64,000 nt of DNA from Centroscyllium fabricii (GCA_051313645.2 JBNRSN020000004.1:186248001-186312000), one strand, 5' to 3'; shown: positions 35,947 to 49,310, numbered from the stretch's first letter. Numbers and translations are program-made. Notes: a model not told the origin generated them from the letters alone.

Positions 35947-36989
35947 CTTCTGGTGCCTGCCTTCACTGAGGGAGCAGTGAATGACGGTGGACAGAGTGGT
36001 TTCCCTGGAGGCCACACTGCAGACGTCTGTGGGGCTGCAGGCTTCCAAATAACAAATGAGGCCTGCAGCAGGAAGCCCCAGGCCTGAAACTGCTGTGTTT
36101 CCGGCTGCCAATGAAAGCAGCCTCAATGTAAGTCACTATGAGCAAACTGCTGCTGGCAGTCAGCAAACCGATTCTGTTCCCGCAAGGAATGACAGGGCGG
36201 GATTTGAGGATGGCGGGTATTGGGTGGGAAATGCATTAAAATAGCTGAGGGCCCTTAAATTAGGATTATCCAGCCACTTAAGGGCCCTCAACGAGATCAC
36301 TGAGCATCCCTGCCGGCGGCGGGCGGGAAAAGTGCGGGGCGGGAAAACCCATCCGACGAAAATCCCAAATGGGCGGGGATCCAGTGGGGTGCCTTCCTGC
36401 CCGCCGGAATTGCAATTTTAGTAACTGACCTGCCAGAAACCCACACTCAGGGGCCTCCTAAAATCCCCGCCCTTAACTCTGTTTCTCTCTCCACAGATGC
36501 TGCCTGACCTGCTGAGGATTTCCCGCATTTTCTGTCTTTATTTCAGATTTCCAGCATCTGCAGTATTTTGCTTTTGTAACTTGAGCAGCTTGGGGTGCCT
36601 GATCATTGTGCTGTATAAATTAATTTTTGTACCAAGTGACCCTGGATAACAGATTTGTGCACTATAACGGGAATGGTAGCATAGTCCAAAGATGTGCGGG
36701 TTAGGTTGATTGGCCATGATAAATTGACCCTTAGAGTTAGGGGGATTGAATATGTGGGGTTACGGGGATAGGGTGGGATATGTGTCGGTGCAGGCTCGAT
36801 AGGGATATGAGGACAAGGCAGGGATAGGGTGCTAGGTTTGAATGATCAGCCATGATCTCATTGAATGGAGGAGCAGGATCGAAGGGCCGAATAGCCTACT
36901 CCTGCTCCGATATTCTATGTTTCTATGTTTCTATAGTGGTTATGTTACTGGACTAGTAATCAAGAGGCCTGGACTAATGATCCAGAGAT

Positions 36990-39900
36990 GTGAATTTAAA
37001 TTCAATTCAATTCAATTCAAATTGCTTTATTGACATGACAAGATACATCCTATGTTGCCAAAGCACAGAAAAAGAACATATACAGTTGGACATACAAATG
37101 CATAACCAGACGTATTGAATGAATAACTATGCATACCCACATACACATAAAAACCCGCATATAGATCTAAAAAGAACATATACAATTGGACATACAAATG
37201 CATAACCAGATGTATTGAATGAATAGCTACGCAAACACATACATATATACCCGCATATAGAGCTTGTATGCTCTTCCTAGCTTCAATGGTCACTGGTTGT
37301 CCCTCTGCTTATGGCAAGCTGTGATGTAGTTTGCTGCTAATTTTATACAGTCCCTCTGTTCCCCCAATAGATATGGGAGTTTTTGGTGGTCGTTCAAATT
37401 TTTGAATTCAGGGCATGTTGTTGCAAATTTTGGGAAGTAATTTCCCCTTATTCCCTGATAGTTTTTGCAAGTTGTGAGGAAGTGCAGCTCTGTCTCCACC
37501 ACTCCCTGACTGCAGTGGGAGCACAGCCTTTCCTCTCTGGGCAGCCAAGTCTTTCTGTGTCTGCCTTTTTCGATGGCTAGGCTGTGCTCGCTAAGTCTGT
37601 ACATTGTCAGGGTTTTTCTCAGTTTGCTATCTTTCACCATTGACAGGTAATCAGCCATGGTGTACTGTCTGTTTAGGACCAAATAACAATCTAGTTTGTT
37701 TTGGGTTTTTGTCATTTCTGTCCAGTAGTTCAAGTATTTTTCTTTTTGTTTAGTAATAATTGTGTTGGGTCGGATTCTGAGTGCTAGGACGTCACTGTCC
37801 TGGGGTTGGTTGTTACCAGTAGTGTTAGTAGTTACTCCGCTAAGTTGGTTGTTAACAGTAGTGTTAGTAGTTATTTTGCTAAGTCCCAGGACTAGTTGGC
37901 TGAGGGGACTTCGCTTTATGTTCGCTTCTTGGCATTTCAGGGCTTTGTAGTGATAGCTGTGGGGGTTGCTCAGTTTTAGATGTTTCCAGAATTTGATTGC
38001 TCTTTTTTGGATATTAATTAGTAGTGGGTATTGGCCTAACTCTGCCCTACATGCATTGTTTGTGGTTTTCCTCTGAGTCCGGAGGATACTCTTACAGAAC
38101 TCAGCATGTAGGGTCTCAATTGGGTGTTTGTCCCATTTTGCAAATTCGTGGTGTGTTAGCAGACCCCACACCTCGCTGCCATAAAGTGCAATTGGTTCAA
38201 TTACTGAATTAAAAATTTTGATCCAAATGCCAGGTGGAATTTCTATTTGGATTGACTTCTTAATGGCATAGAATGCCCTTCTAGCTTTCTCTTTCAGTTC
38301 ATTCACAGCCAAGTGAAAATTTCCCGTGGAACTGATTTTTAAGCCTAAGTATGTGTAGTTTGTAGTTTGTTCAATTTTTGTTGCTCCTAGTGTGAAGTTT
38401 GTTTTGGTTCCCTGATGTCTGGATCTTTGCTGGAAAACAAGAACTTTGGTTTTTTTGGGGTTTCTTTTCAAGGCCCAATTCTGGCAGAATGACTCTAACC
38501 GATCAAGGTTCTGCCGTAGACCCTCTTCTGTCGGTGACAGCAGAACCAGATCATCTGCATACAGGAGGAATTTAACCTCAGAGTCATGTAGGGCGAGGCC
38601 AGGTGCTGTAGATTGTTCCAGTGTTTTTGCCAGTTCATTTATATAAATGTTAAAAAGAGTCATAAGAACATAAGAACATAAGAAATAGGAGCAGGAGTAG
38701 GCCAATCGGCCCCTCGAGCCTGCTCCGCCATTCAACAAGATCATGGCTGATCTGATCCTAACCTCAATTTTATTTTAACTCTCCACCCCACCCAAACCCA
38801 TGTGATCACCTGGGCGAGGCGAAAAACCAGATAAAAAACCCAGTAGCCAATTTGGGAGAAAAAATCTGGGAAATTCCTCTCCGACCCATCTAGGCGATCG
38901 AAAACTGGTCCAGGAGATCACATGGCCGATCTGAACCTATTCTCATGTCCACTTACCTCCCCGCTCACCATAACCCCTAATTCCCTTTACTTCCAGGAAA
39001 CTGTCTATCTCTGTTTTAAAATTATTCAAAGTAGTAGCTTCCACAGCTCTCTGGGGCAGCAAATTCCACAGCCCCACCACCCTCTGGGTGAAGAAATTCC
39101 TCCTCATCTCTGTCCTAAATGAGTCACCCCTTATCCTTAGACTATGGCCCCTGGTTCTGGACTCTCCTACCATCGGGAACATTCTTCCTGCATCAAGTCT
39201 GTCCAGACCAGTTAGAATTTTATACGTTTCGATGAGATCCCCTCTCAATCTTCTAAACTCCAGAGAGTACAAACCCAGTCTACCCAGTCTCTCCCCATAC
39301 GTCAATCCTGCCATCCCAGGTATCAGCCTGGTGAATCTCCTCTGCACTCCCTCCATGGCAAGAACGTCCTTCCTTAGATAAGGAGACCAAAACTGCACAC
39401 AGTACTCAAGGCTTGGTCTCACCAAGGCCCTGTACAACTGCAGCAAGACCTCCCTATTCCTGTACTCAAAACCTCTCGCTATGAAGGCCAACATACCATT
39501 TGCCTTCTTAACCGCCTGCTGCACCTGCATGCTCACCCTTAGCGACCGGTGCACCAGGACACCCAGGTCTCGTTGTACTTCCCTTTCTCCCAATCTATTG
39601 CCATTCAGATAATAGTCGGCATTTCTATTTTTTCCCCCAAAGTGGATAACCTCGCATTTATCCACATTATACTGCATCTGCCGTGTCTCGGCCCACTCGC
39701 CCAACCTGTCCAAATCATCCTGGAGCATCCTGCTATCCTTCTCGCAGCACACACGCCCTCCCAGCTTTGTGTCATCTGCAAACTTGGAGACATTACATTT
39801 AGTTCCCTTTTCTAAATCATTAATGTATATCGTGAATAGCTGGGGTCCCAGGACTGAGCCCTGTGGTACCCCACTAGTCACTGCCCACCACCCAGAAAAA

Positions 39901-41490
39901 GACCCATTTACTCCCACTCTCTGCTTTCTGTCTGCCAACCAATTCTCAATCCAAGTCAATACCTTGCCCCCAATCCCATGTGCCTTAACTTTAAATGCTA
40001 GTCTCTTGTGCGGGACCTTGTCGAACGCCTTCTGAAAGTCCAAGTATATCACATCTACTGGTTCTCCCTGATCAATTTTCCCAGTTACATCCTCAAAAAT
40101 TTCCAGCAGATTAGTCAAGCACGATTTACCTTTTGTAAATCCATGTTGACTTTGTCCAATCCTGCCGCTGCTTTTCAAGTGCTCAGTGATTACATCCTTT
40201 ATTATGGACTCCAGCATTTTCCCCACTACCGATGTCAGGCTTACTGGTCTGTAATTTCCCGCTTTCTCCCTACCACCCTTCTTCAATAGTGGGGTAACAT
40301 TAGCCACCCTCCAATCCATGGGTACAGTTCCAGATTCCATCGATTGCTGGAAGATAATCAGCAATGCATCTACTATTTCCAGGGCAACCTCCCTAAGTAC
40401 CCTAGGATGCAGACCATCAGGCCCCGGGGATTTATCGGCCCACAATCCCTTCAATTTCCCTTACACCATTTCCCTGCAAATACGGATATCCTTCAGTTCC
40501 TCCCCTTCATCAAACCTTATGTTTCTCAATATCTCTGGGAGGTTACTGGTGTCCTCCTTTGTAAAAATCGGTGAGATAGACGAGCCCTGTGCCATGCCAC
40601 GACCCTGTGGGAAATATTTTGTTTGTTTATCTCCGATTTTAGCTGCACATTTGTTACCTGTGTACATTGATTTAATGACATCATATGTTTTTCCCCCTAT
40701 CCCACTTTCAATGAGTTTTAGGAATAGACCATCGTGCCAAATAGAATCGAATGCCTTTTGGAAATCTATAAAGCAGGCAAAAATGTTGCTTTTGTTTTGG
40801 TGGACATGTTTGTCTATTAGGGTGTGTAGGGTGAAAATATGGTCAGAGGTTCAATAATTTGGTAAGAATCTAATTTGGCTGTTACTCAGGACATTGTGCT
40901 CCGTAAGAAAGCTTGTGAGTCTTTTGTTTATGATACTACAGAATACCTTCCCCAGATTACTGTTCACACAGATGCCTCGGTAATTGTTTGGGTCAAGTTT
41001 GTCTCCACTTTTAAATATGGGTGTTATGAGTCCTTTGTTCCAGACTTCAGGGAAGTAACCGACACTCAGAACCAAGTTGAAGAGTTTTAGGATAGCCAAT
41101 TTCATTTTATTATCAGTGTGTTTTAGCATCTCGTTTAGTATGCCATCTGCACCACCTGCTTTTCTTGGTCACAGGTCCTTAAGTTTTTCAGATAGCTCTC
41201 TTTCAGTTATTAAGGAGTCTAAGGGGTTTTGGTAATCCTTTATGGTCAATTCGAGTTTTTCCAATTTTTTACATATTTGATCTTGCTCTGGGCTTAGTGT
41301 GTGTTTCTGGTACAGTTGTTCAAAATGGTTTTCCCATGTCTCACCATTTTGAATGGGCAATTCGTCTTGTTGCTTTTTGTGTAATGTGTTCCAGTTGTCC
41401 CAGAAACTATTTGAATCAATAGATTCTTCAATGTCGCTGAGTTTTTTCTTAACATACTGTTCTTTCTTGGTTCTGAGTGTGTTTTTATAT
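36990..41490 (-). mobile_element. L2/Crack-like LINE, 5'-truncated, split by a CR1
   Basis: RT motifs NYRGI, FIDFQKAFDS, QG..ISP|TLF, YADD, RLSEHSLAIEKGRH..ERLCSHC; AATAAA then (TTGAA)n tail at ~36995-37030. Confidence 0.82.
38661..40566 (-). mobile_element. CR1 LINE with intact RT domain ORF (38943-40454)
   Basis: KSPGPDG, NYRPVSLTS, GVPQGSVLGP, FADD; (CATAAGAA)n tail on the plus strand. Confidence 0.92.
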
Positions 41491-41491
41491 T

Positions 41492-42249
41492 GGGCCAGAA
41501 ATTCCGATGCCTAAAGCAGATGCCCACGGCGATGCCCACGAAAAATGCCCACGGATCCGAGATGCCCACGGATCCGAAACTTCCGATGCTGAGGGAAAAG
41601 GGCCCTTAGCAGAATGCCCAGGAATGAGTTGCACCCAAAACTTCTGATTCAAAAAGGGTCAAAAAGGGTCATTTTTTTCCGTGATTCTGTGGGCAACGGA
41701 GCCCACAGATGCACTTGAAAAAGCTGGAGTAACTCATTGGTGAGGTAGAGAGAAACGTTCTTAAGCATGGTAAGTTAATTTTTTAACTTTAATTTAAATT
41801 TTTTACCGTTTTTGGGAGTAGTGTGGCCAGATCGGTAGCGTTAAATTTTTCAGTTAAAGTTTTTTTTTTAATTTAACAAATCCGATTTTAAGTTAATTTA
41901 CCTGGTTGAAATCGTTAATTTTTAAAGTTAAATTTCTGAAATTTTTAACTCTCTAGCTAATTAAAAAAATTAAAAAATCTACGAGGAAAAAATGGCTGAC
42001 TTACCTGCCGTTTCTTCCTCTGCGAAGCTGCTGTGCCCCTGCGCAGCTCCCCGCGAGTCTGTTGTGCAGCTCCGCACTTACCTGCTCTCACAAAGGTCCA
42101 ACTCGGGATCTGTTCATTTAAATTAGGGATCTGGGGGGCGTTTTTATTTAAATTTGGGATCTGTGGGCGGGGCTTACACTTCGCACGTAGCGTGGCTGGA
42201 CTGCCAAGTTGCGAACGAAGGGGGCAGAGCCAATCGGAAATTTTGACTC
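41492..42249. mobile_element. Harbinger-type MITE
   Basis: GGGCCAGAAATTCCG ... CGGAAATTTTGACTC (imperfect); GATGCCCACGG repeats. Confidence 0.5.
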
Positions 42250-42856
42250 TGGACCCCATGAAGTCTCAGGGATTCAGGTCAAGCATGGGCAAGCAAGCCT
42301 CCTACTAATTACCACCTACACCCTCCCTCAGCTGATGAATCAGTACTCCTCCATGTTGAATAACACTTGAAAGAAGCACTGAGGGTAGCAAGGGCACAGA
42401 ATTTATTCTGGGTGGGGGGCCTCAATGTCCATCACAAAGAGTGGCTCGGTAGCACCACTACTGACCGAGATGGCTGAGTCCTGAAGGACAGAGCTGCCAG
42501 TCTGGGCCTGTGACAGGTGGTGAGAGAACCAACACAAGGAAAAAACCTGCTTGACCTGGTTTCACCAATCAAACAGATGCATCTGTCCATGACCGCTTTG
42601 GTAGCAGTGACCACCACACAGTCCTTGTGGAGACAAAGTCCTGTCTTCACACTGAGGATACCCTCAATTGTGTTGTGTGGCACTACCACTGTGCTAAATG
42701 GGATAGATTCAGAACAGATCTAGCAGCTCAAAACTGGGCATCCATGAAGTGCTGTGGGGCAGCAGAATTGTACTCCATCACAATCTGTAAACTCATGGCA
42801 CGGCATATCCCTCACTTTATCATTACCATCAAGCCAGGGGACCAACCCTGGTTCAA

Positions 42857-44533
42857 ACACATGGAACAGTCATGGGGACCAAATTCACACCCCAATACGC
42901 CAACATCTTCATGCACAAGTTCGAGCAAGACTTCTTCGCTGCACAGGACCTCCAACCAATGCTATACACCAGATACATCAAAGACATTTTCCTCCTATGG
43001 ACCCATGGCGAAGAATCACTGAAAAGACTACACGTTAACATCAACAAGTTCCATCCCACCATCAAACTCACCATGGACTACTGCTCAGAATCAGTTTAAT
43101 TCTTGGACACACAAATCTCCATCAAAGACGGACACCTCAGCACTTCACTCTACCGCAAGCCCACGGACAACCAGATGATGCTCCACTTCTCCAGATTCCA
43201 CCCTAACCACGTTAAAGAAGCCATCCCCTATGGAAAAGCCCTGCGAATACACAGGATCTGCTCAGATGAGGAGGAATGCGATGGACACCTACAGATGCTG
43301 AAAGACACCCTCGTAAGAACAGGATATGACACTCAATTCGTCGATTGACAGTTCCAATGGGCTACAGCGAAAAATCGCATCGACCTCCTCAGAAGACAAA
43401 CAGGGGACACAACCAACAAAGTACCCTTCGTCGTCCAGTACTTCCCCGGACCGAAGAAACTACGCCATGTTCTTCGCAGCCTTCAACATGTCATCGATGA
43501 CGACAAACACCTCGCTAAGGCCATCCCCACGCCTCGCCTTCAAACAGCCACCTAACCGCAAACAGACCATCGTTCGCAGCAAATTACCCAGCTTTCAGGA
43601 GAACAGCAACCACGACAACACACAACCCTGCCACAGCAACCTCTGCAAGAAATGCCAGATCATCAACACAGACACCATCATCACAAATGAGGACACCACC
43701 CACCAGGTACATGGTACATACTCATGTGACTCGGCCAATGTTGTCTACCTCATACGTTGCAGGAAGGGATGCCCCGGAGCATGGTACAACGGTGAGACCA
43801 TGCAGACACTGCGACAACGGATGAACGGACACTGCACAACAATCGCCAGGCAGGAGTGTTCCCTCCCAGTCGGGGAACACTTCAGCAGTCAAGGACATTC
43901 AGCCTCCGATCTTCGGGTAAGCATTCTCCAAGGTGGCCTTCGAGACACACGACAACGCAAAATCGTCGAGCAGAAACTGATAGCCAAGTTCCGCACTCAT
44001 GAGGACGGCCTCAACCGGGATCTTGGCTTCATGTCACGTTACATGTAACCCCACCTGACATAGAGTCATCCAGACTCGAGTCGTCATTGGCTGGTTCTCT
44101 CTACACAGATGCGGCTGGACCTGCTGTGATTTCCAGTGAAACATTTTTATTTCATTTTATTTTTTACTGCTTGTTTGTTTTTTGTTTTTCATACAGCATT
44201 TGCAACATTTGACCTCTTGTGACCCCACCTCATTGTTCTTTGATGGAATGTTTTGCTGACTGACCTGTTTGGACACCATTTACACCCATGATTGCGGTGA
44301 TTATCTCTCTGCTGAGGTGTGATAAAGAGCAGTTAGAAAAATTACCTGTAATCATCAAGCATTGTTTTCTGACTATATATGCTGTGCCTATGTACATCTC
44401 TTCACTTCACCTGATGAAGGAGCAGTGCGCCGAAAGCTTGTGATTTCAAATAAAACTGTTGGACTATAACCTGGTGTTGTGTGACTTCTTACATTTGTCC
44501 ACCCCAGTCCAACACCGGCACCTCCACATCATC
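42857..44533 (+). mobile_element. Penelope-like element, 5'-truncated RT + GIY-YIG endonuclease pseudogene + 3' pLTR
   Basis: MGTKFTPQYANIFM, LYRKPTD, NVVYLIRC..C..WYNGET, GLNRD stop at 44048; host LINE resumes after 44533. Confidence 0.9.
44407..44444 (+). ncRNA. Minimal hammerhead ribozyme in the Penelope 3' end
   Basis: TCAC-CTGATGA-AGGAGCAGTGCGCC-GAAA-GCTT-GTGA. Confidence 0.65.
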
Positions 44534-46178
44534 AATAAGGAGTGTAGAAGTACATGCAGCATTTGCATGCATGCAGCAGCAGGCTACCTAAAAATTAGGT
44601 GCCAATATTGGGAAGCTGCAACACAGGACTACATGCATGCTAAACAGCAGAAGCAGCATGCTATAGACAGGTCTAAGCGATCTCACAATCAATGGATCAG
44701 ATCAAAGCTCTGCAGTCCTGTTGCATCCAGTCGTGAATGATGGTGTACAATTAAACAACTAAACAACTAATGGGAGGAGGAGGTTCCTTGAATATTCCCA
44801 TTCTCAATGATGGCAGAGCCCAGCACACGAGTGCAAAAGACAAGTATGAAGCATTTGCAACCATGTTCAGCCAGAAGTGCCAAGTGGATGATCCATCTTG
44901 ACCTCCTCCTGAGGTCCCCACCATCACAGAAGTCAGTCTTCAGCCAATTCAATTCACTCCACATGATATTAAGAAACAGCTGAGCGCACTGGATACAGCA
45001 AAGGCTATGGGCCCCGACAATATTCCAGCTGCTGTGTTGAAGACTTGTGCTCCAGAATTAGCCACGCCTCTAGCCAAGCTGTTCCAGTACAGCTACAACA
45101 CTGGCATCTACCCGACAATGTGGAAAAGCAGGACAAATCTAATCCGGCCAATTACCGCCCCATCAGTCTACTCTCAATCATCAGCAAAGTGATAGAAGGT
45201 GTCATCGACAGTGCTATTAAGTGGCACTTACTCACCAATAACCTGCTCTCTCTTGTTCAGTTTGGGTTCTGGCAGGGCCACTCTGGTCCAGACCTCATTA
45301 CAGCCTTGGTCCAAACATGGACAAAAGAGCTGAATTTCTGTGCTGAGCTATGAGTGACTGCCCTTGATATCAAGGCAGCATTTGACCAAGTGTGGCCTCA
45401 AGGAGCTCTAACAAAATTGAAGTCAATGGGAATCGGGGTGGGGGGGGGAAACACTCCACTGGTTGGAGTCATTCCTAGCACAAAGGAAGATGGTTGTGGT
45501 TGTTGGAGGTCTAACATTTCAGCCCCAGGACATAATTGCAGGAGTTTGTCAGGGCAGTGTCCGAGGCCCAACCATCTTCAGCTGCTTCATCAATGACCTT
45601 CCCTCCATCATAAGGTCAGAAGTGGGGATGTTTGCTGATGACTGCACAGTGTTCAGTTCCATTCGCAACTCTTCAGATAATGAAGCCGTCCATGACTGCA
45701 TGCAGCAAGACCGAAACAACATTCAGGCTTGGGCTGATAAGTGGCAAGTAACATTCGTGCCACACAAGTGCCAGGCAATGACTATCTCCAACAAGCAAGA
45801 GTCTAACCACCACCACTTGACATTCAATGGCATTACCATCGCTGAATCCCCCACCATCAACACTGGGGGTCGCCATTGACCAGAAACTCACCAGCGGATT
45901 TTCCTTTTTTCCACTTCAGGTACTCCCACTTCCCAGGACCATCATGTGGAAGGTGGTAGTAAGCCCCTTTTCCCAAAAAATTTTCCATAAGGAAGAGGGC
46001 CTCGCAGCAGCATCCTCTCCTTTCAGTCAGCCCTAGAGACTTACCTGGTGAGGGCTTTGATCTAGGCCGAGGCCTTCACTGGGAGCCTTTCCTATGATCT
46101 TTGAGGTGCTTCTGCCCGTTTAAGGTTCCTCGCCGCCTCTTATGGTGTTGCATTGGTGTCCCCAGTGCAGTACCATGA

Positions 46179-46382
46179 GGGCGGCACGGTGGCATAGTGG
46201 TTAGCACAGTTGCCTAACCGAGCCAGGGGCCCAGGTTCAAATCCAGCCTCGGGTACTTTCTGTGTGGAGTTTGCACATTTTCCCCGTGTCTGCATGGGTT
46301 TCCTCCGGGTGCTCCAATTTCCTCCCACAGTCCAAAGATGTGTGGGTTAGGTTGATTGGCCAGGATAAATTGACCCTTAGTC
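46179..46382 (+). mobile_element. HE1-like tRNA-derived SINE
   Basis: A box TGGCATAGTGG, B box GGTTCAAATCC, V-domain TGTGTGGAGTTTGCAC..TCCCC. Confidence 0.8.
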
Positions 46383-46610
46383 CCATCATATTCTTTTTTG
46401 GGGTTGCAAAATGCATCTGATTAAACATGGTTCCTGTTCAGAAACTAAATGCAAGTTTTTCAGTATTCAAGAAGTTAAAGACTGAGAGAGGATAGTAAAG
46501 CTTGCTTTATTGTTAGCTTGACTCGGGTAGCACTCCTGCCTCTGAGCCAATAGGTTGTAGGTTCAAGCTGCACTTAAACACATAATCAAGGCTGACACGT
46601 CAATATAGTA

Positions 46611-47686
46611 CAGGTACACAATCCTTTATCTGAAATCCCTGGGACTGGACGGGTCCCGGATTTTGGATTTCTTCGGTTTTCGGAATGGTGTCCAGTGCGC
46701 ATGCGCAGAATGCATGCGCATGCGCATTGCCGTGTTGAATTACGCACAGAAACTGTTCAATGAATGGGAGATCGAGAACGTCTCAAGGGACAAGGTGAGC
46801 TGTTGGGTGAAGCTACTGGAAGCGGCTTCAAGTTCAGTCAGTCAGCTGGTGGCGGGCGGGCGAGGGGAAGTGGAGCGGACAATTGCTGGGAATGGCAGCA
46901 CCTCCTCAGGTTACCCTCTCTGCCTCAGTTGTCACGGTGCCACATTGCTAATTGTTTAACCAACCTCTCCGCCCCCCCCTCCCAACACCTATAAAGTTTA
47001 ACCGCGGCCTGAGCCGGGATACTGTGCGATGAATTGATGGAAACCGAAGGCTGTGTCGCTACTGCCTTTCTTTGTAAGTAAGTTTGGAGGTGGGGGAGGA
47101 GAAAGAAAATTAGGAGTTTGTAGGTAATCATCGGTGGGAAGAACAATGTCTTATCCCAGGGGAAAGGAGGAGGAGGAGGAGGGGGGAGTCAAATCACAAG
47201 AAGGTGGCAAAGGAAAACCATCCGGTTTGCAAACTAACAGGTTGCCATAGAAACCTTCCGCTCCCCCTAGCAACCATCACCGGGCCAGCTCCAGCAGTGT
47301 CCGCTCCCCTAACACCCGTCACCGGGCCAGCTCCAGCAGCGTCCGCTCCCCGAGCAACTGTCACCGGGCCAGCTCCAGCAGTCATCTTGGTGGCCAGGAT
47401 GTTGGTGGCCAGCAGCATCGCCGTGAAAATGAACCTCGGCTCCTTGAGGAGGAGGAAACGGATGAAAACTTTCAGCGTTCAGATTCTAACCATCCTGGCT
47501 AGCAGGGACAGGTGACAATACCCAATTTCCAGCTACTTCAGATCCAGAAAACAGCACAATATCCCCAGCTGAGAAAATAAAAATAAGTTATTTTGGCGCA
47601 ACTCGGGTCATGTGACGCTCCGAAAAAACTTTCGGTTTTCGGAGCTTTTCGGTTTTCGGAGTTGCAGATAAAGGATTGTGTACCTG
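46611..47686. mobile_element. Tigger-like MITE
   Basis: TIR CAGGTACACAATCCTTTATCTG; TA TSD; internal 39-bp tandem repeat ~47277-47380. Confidence 0.85.
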
Positions 47687-47814
47687 TACCGAGGAAGCAT
47701 TAAAATGATGAAGGTTCCTTTCATAAATGCAGCCCTAATTTTAATAGAAGAGATTTGGTATCAGATTATTACTAAAAGTCATAACCATTCTCACTGTGCT
47801 ATTGTATAACTATC

Positions 47815-49310
47815 AGCTAAGCTCAGTTGGTAGCACTCTTGTCTCGGCATCAGAATGTTGCAAGTTCAAACCTCAATACAGAACCTCAGCACATAAATTA
47901 GTCTGACACAGATGACACAAAGATGGGAGGGAGGGTGATGAGTGAGGAGGACATTAAAAACCCGCAAAAGGACAAAGATAGGCTAAGTGAGTGGGCAGAG
48001 ATTTGGCACATGGTGTATAATACTGGAAAGTGTGAAGTTATGCACTTTGGCAGGAAAAATAATAGAGTGAGTTATTATCTAAATGGAAAGAAACTGGAAA
48101 GTACTTCAGTGCAAAGGGATCTGGGGGTCCTGGTGCAGGAAACACAAAAAGTTAATATGCAAGTGTAGCAGGTGGTCAGGAAGGCTTTTATTGCTAATGG
48201 GATGGAGTATAAAAACAGGGAGGTCTTGCTGCAGTTGTACAGGGTATTGGTGAGACCACACCTGGAGTACTGCGTGCAGTTCTGGTATCCATATTTAAGA
48301 AATGACATACTTGCTCTTGAGGCAGTGCAAAGAAGGTTCACTAGGTTAATTTCGGGGATGAGGGGGCTGACATATGATGAGAGGTTGAGTAGATTGGGCC
48401 TCTACTCATTGGAGTTCAGAAGAATGAGAGGCGATCTTATTGAAACATATAAGATTGTGAGAGGGCTTGATCGGGTGGATGCGGTGAGGATGTTCCCAAT
48501 GGTGGGTGAAACTAGTACTAGGGGGCATGATCTTAAAATAAGGGGCTGCCATTTCAAAACTGAGATGAGGAGAAACTTCTTCACTCAGAGGGTGGTGGGG
48601 CTGTGGAATTTGCTGCCCCAGAGAGCTGTGGAAGCTAATACATTGAATAAATTTAAAACAGAGATAGACAGTTTCTTGGAAGTAAAGGGAATTAGGGGTT
48701 ATGGTGAGCGGGCAGGTAAGTGGACATGAGGCTAGGTTCCGATCGGCCATGTGATCTCCTGGACCAGTTTCCGATCACCTAGATGGGTCGGAGAGGAATT
48801 TCCCAGATTTTTTCTCCCAAATTGGCCACTGGGTTTTTTATCTGATTTTTCGCCTCTCCTGGGTGATCACATGGGTTTGGGCGGGATGGGGAGTAAAAAT
48901 AAAATTGAGGTTAGGATCAGATCAGCCATGATCTTGTTGAATGACGGAGCAGACTCGAAGGGCCGATTGGCCTACTCCTGCTCCTATTTCTTATGTTCTT
49001 ATGTTAGATGAGATGTTAAACTGACACCCGTCTGCCTGGTGAAGTGGATGTAAAAAGATCTTGTAGGCCTCTTTTGAAGAAGAGTTGGGAGTTCTTCTGG
49101 TGTCCTGGTCAACATTCATTCCTTATCCCACACCACTAAAACATATTGTCATGTTGTTGTTTATGGGAGTTTGCTGTACTCAAATTGGCTGCCGGATTTC
49201 CGAACAAAGCAGCAATGACTGCACCTCAAAAGTAATTCAATGACTGTGGAACAACCGAGGGTGTCTTGAGGTTGTGCAAAGTGCAATATAAATGCAAATT
49301 CTTTATTTGC
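47815..49310 (+). mobile_element. Deu-domain SINE (SacSINE1/AmnSINE-like) split by CR1 47910-49005
   Basis: tRNA-like head GCTCAGTTGGTAGC..AGTTCAAACC; body GGTGTCCTGG..CAAATTGGCTGCC..ATATAAATGCAA. Confidence 0.6.
47910..49005 (+). mobile_element. CR1 LINE 3' fragment
   Basis: DDTKMGG, RPHLEYCVQFW, (TTCTTATG) tail. Confidence 0.9.

Larger units (their letters stand above)
32960..36472. mobile_element. Harbinger transposon with convergent Myb/SANT gene and internally deleted transposase
   Basis: GGGGTAATTTT ... AAAATCCCCGCCC termini; TTG/TTA flanks; the host Penelope tail rejoins across it. Confidence 0.75.
42270..45892 (+). mobile_element. Decayed CR1/L2-clade LINE (endonuclease and RT), split by a Penelope element
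   Basis: VREPTQGKNLLDL, PWF, KAMGPDNIP, NYRPISLLS, LDIKAAFD, FADD. Confidence 0.8.

Noticed and set aside
37290-38744. 484-aa ORF as a standalone gene
   Set aside because: Starts in a CR1 3' tail and reads into an interrupted LINE ORF2
46179-46255. tRNA gene
   Set aside because: A and B boxes belong to a SINE head that continues into a SINE body
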